DNA from: Squalus acanthias
Lineage: Eukaryota
Assembly: GCA_030390025.1 (NCBI GenBank)
Contig: JASTWF010000351.1
Coordinates: 372,001 to 436,000, forward strand
Direction: 5' to 3'
DNA: 64,000 bases
Positions within the stretch are counted from its first letter, which is position 1, and the number at the start of each line of letters is the position of its first letter. Positions 62,351-64,000 of this stretch are shown piece by piece. A model generated the notes under the pieces. That model made no database searches, was not told the DNA's origin, and saw only the letters and a program-made list of their open reading frames with translations. Made by a program: the position numbers and the translations under genes.

Positions 62351-62485
62351 AAAAAGTGCTTGGATATGACCATAAAGTGCCGTAAATTGCAAGGCTACGG
62401 ACCCACAGCTGTCAGGTGGGATTTGGCTTATAGATTTGTTTTGGCTGAAACAGACACGATGGGCCGTAAATTTCTATAATACTAT
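62350..62485 (+). mobile_element. Decayed CR1 3' end fragment
   Basis: Similar to 12140-12290 (aagtgccgtaa...aaggcta...gatgggc...aaatttcta). Confidence 0.65.
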
Positions 62486-63639
62486 ACATCGCAGAGACAG
62501 ACAGCTATACAGTAAAACCCACACTCATATACTAGACACTAAGAAATACGCAATAACTCTCAGTCACATCCCAGAAATTGACAGATATAGAGTAAAATCA
62601 ACACCCACATAAATCCCGACCAGAAATTGACAGGTACAGAAGGGCCGCTACCGACAAGGCTACGGTTGCAGAGGCGAAGGGTGGAATAGACTTTAGGCTT
62701 TAACTGTCAGTCTCTGCGATGTGAGTTTGGGCTTTTTCCATATCTGTCAGAACAATTGTTTTCAGTCGATTGAAACCGAGTTGAGGGCCTGTGTAGTTAA
62801 CAGACTGTCACAGAACCCGGATCCATATGTATTTGGCGGAGCGACAATGTATCTCTCGATCACCAGCAACAGGGTTCTGGAGAACTCAACGCACCGATAC
62901 AAAATAATCCATTTTTGAAATGAGATCTTTCACACTTCTCTCCTGCTGCCTGCAATAGATGCACTTTGTGAAACTGTCCACATCCTCACTATCAGGCTGT
63001 GCTTCCACTGTTCACTGTCCAAGAACAACAGACACGGTGAGATTGGAACCGATTAAGGAACATTCACTACTGATTTGGGGGAAGAAAGCAGCAATGATTT
63101 GAAAGAGCGAGGTGATTTACTTTCTATGTTACCTAACCCTGTCCACACAAAGCCCGAGAATTGCCTCTCCCTTCCCCCACTCACTCCTCTATCCGGAACG
63201 AGTTCCTGCTCCACTCAGCCTCTTTCAAACAGTCCCCGGCTGCCGCTGAACTTACCCCAACAGAATGCCCATCTGTGGACCCAGACCCAATGCGATGTGA
63301 TGCTTACTCGGGCCCGTGATATCTGCGCTCCCCGATGTGTTCAACGATCATCAGTCCAGCGCAGAGGAAACGAGAGACGCTGGCAGAGCAGGGGGAGGGG
63401 AGCTCGCATGGGCCCTTCCTGTCGGCTGAACCACTGTGCAGGGAGGAGCTGACGCGTGAATGCTGGAGGCGGAGCTGAAGCTCAGAGGACGCTGTTTCTG
63501 CTCTCTCTGTCACTCTGATTCTGTCTCCACCCAACCTCTCGCCCACTCTGCCTTTCTCAATCAGATCCGGGCTGGCTTCATAAATTCATCTGGACGGCGA
63601 GACTTTATCATTCAATTTATATTCCTGTAAAGAATTGTC

Positions 63640-63780
63640 AGGTCTGGAAGAGGAAAAGGAGGCAAAGGACTGGGAACAGGCGGATCCAAGGGCCACCGGA
63701 AAGTGCTTAGTGACAACATCCAGGGCACGAAACAAAGGCTCTTCAAAGAGCGACCCACCACCTCAAAGAGAGAGAGCAGC
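63640..63780 (+). pseudogene. H4: Histone H4 pseudogene with an internal deletion joined to its stem-loop
   Basis: Start mutated to AGG, then [28 protein letters not shown], followed directly by ggctcttcaaagagcg-accca (63737-63752). Upstream region is homologous to 8515-8635. Confidence 0.85.
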
Positions 63781-64000
63781 GACCTTGGACCGGGAGCGGG
63801 GATTTATTTGCGTGGGGAATAGCTTCAGAATTATAATGATTATGGGGTTACAATGACTCTTTGGCCCGGAACCTGTATTCTCCCTTCACGGTGAAAAGCT
63901 ATTTTAGTCTTCCTGGGTGTCCATCCGCTCAGTGTTCTGTTTTCATTCAGCTTTTCTATATCAGACAGATGGTGTGACGGGGAACCGGAGCTTTCCACGT

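Noticed and set aside
63075..63452. 125-aa ORF with a paralog at 52654-52839
   Set aside because: Non-ATG starts, a frame not conserved beyond about 60 codons, and no domain; better explained as duplicated non-coding DNA.

Overview
Vertebrate genomic DNA, most likely a cartilaginous fish (inferred from the H2B N-terminus and the abundant CR1/HER1-type LINEs). The core is a replication-dependent histone quintet at 32.2-38.6 kb: H2B(+), H2A(+, one nonsense codon), H3.2(-), H4(-, Thr1) and H1(-), each with a 3' stem-loop. Around it lie a ~13.5 kb array of a 40-bp satellite, segmental and inverted duplications, histone and tRNA-Gly relics, many CR1 LINEs (some nested), a probable solo LTR, and two Penelope-like element (PLE) families carrying minimal hammerhead ribozyme motifs. 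Three observations stand out. (1) A Tx1-clade LINE with both ORFs intact sits inside a hammerhead-bearing PLE repeat and has an extra copy of that target at its own 5' end. (2) Two different PLE families inserted independently at the same hairpin site in paralogous H2B relics. (3) A PLE fragment upstream of H1 creates a uORF whose stop overlaps the H1 ATG. All calls were made by eye, and repeat boundaries are approximate.
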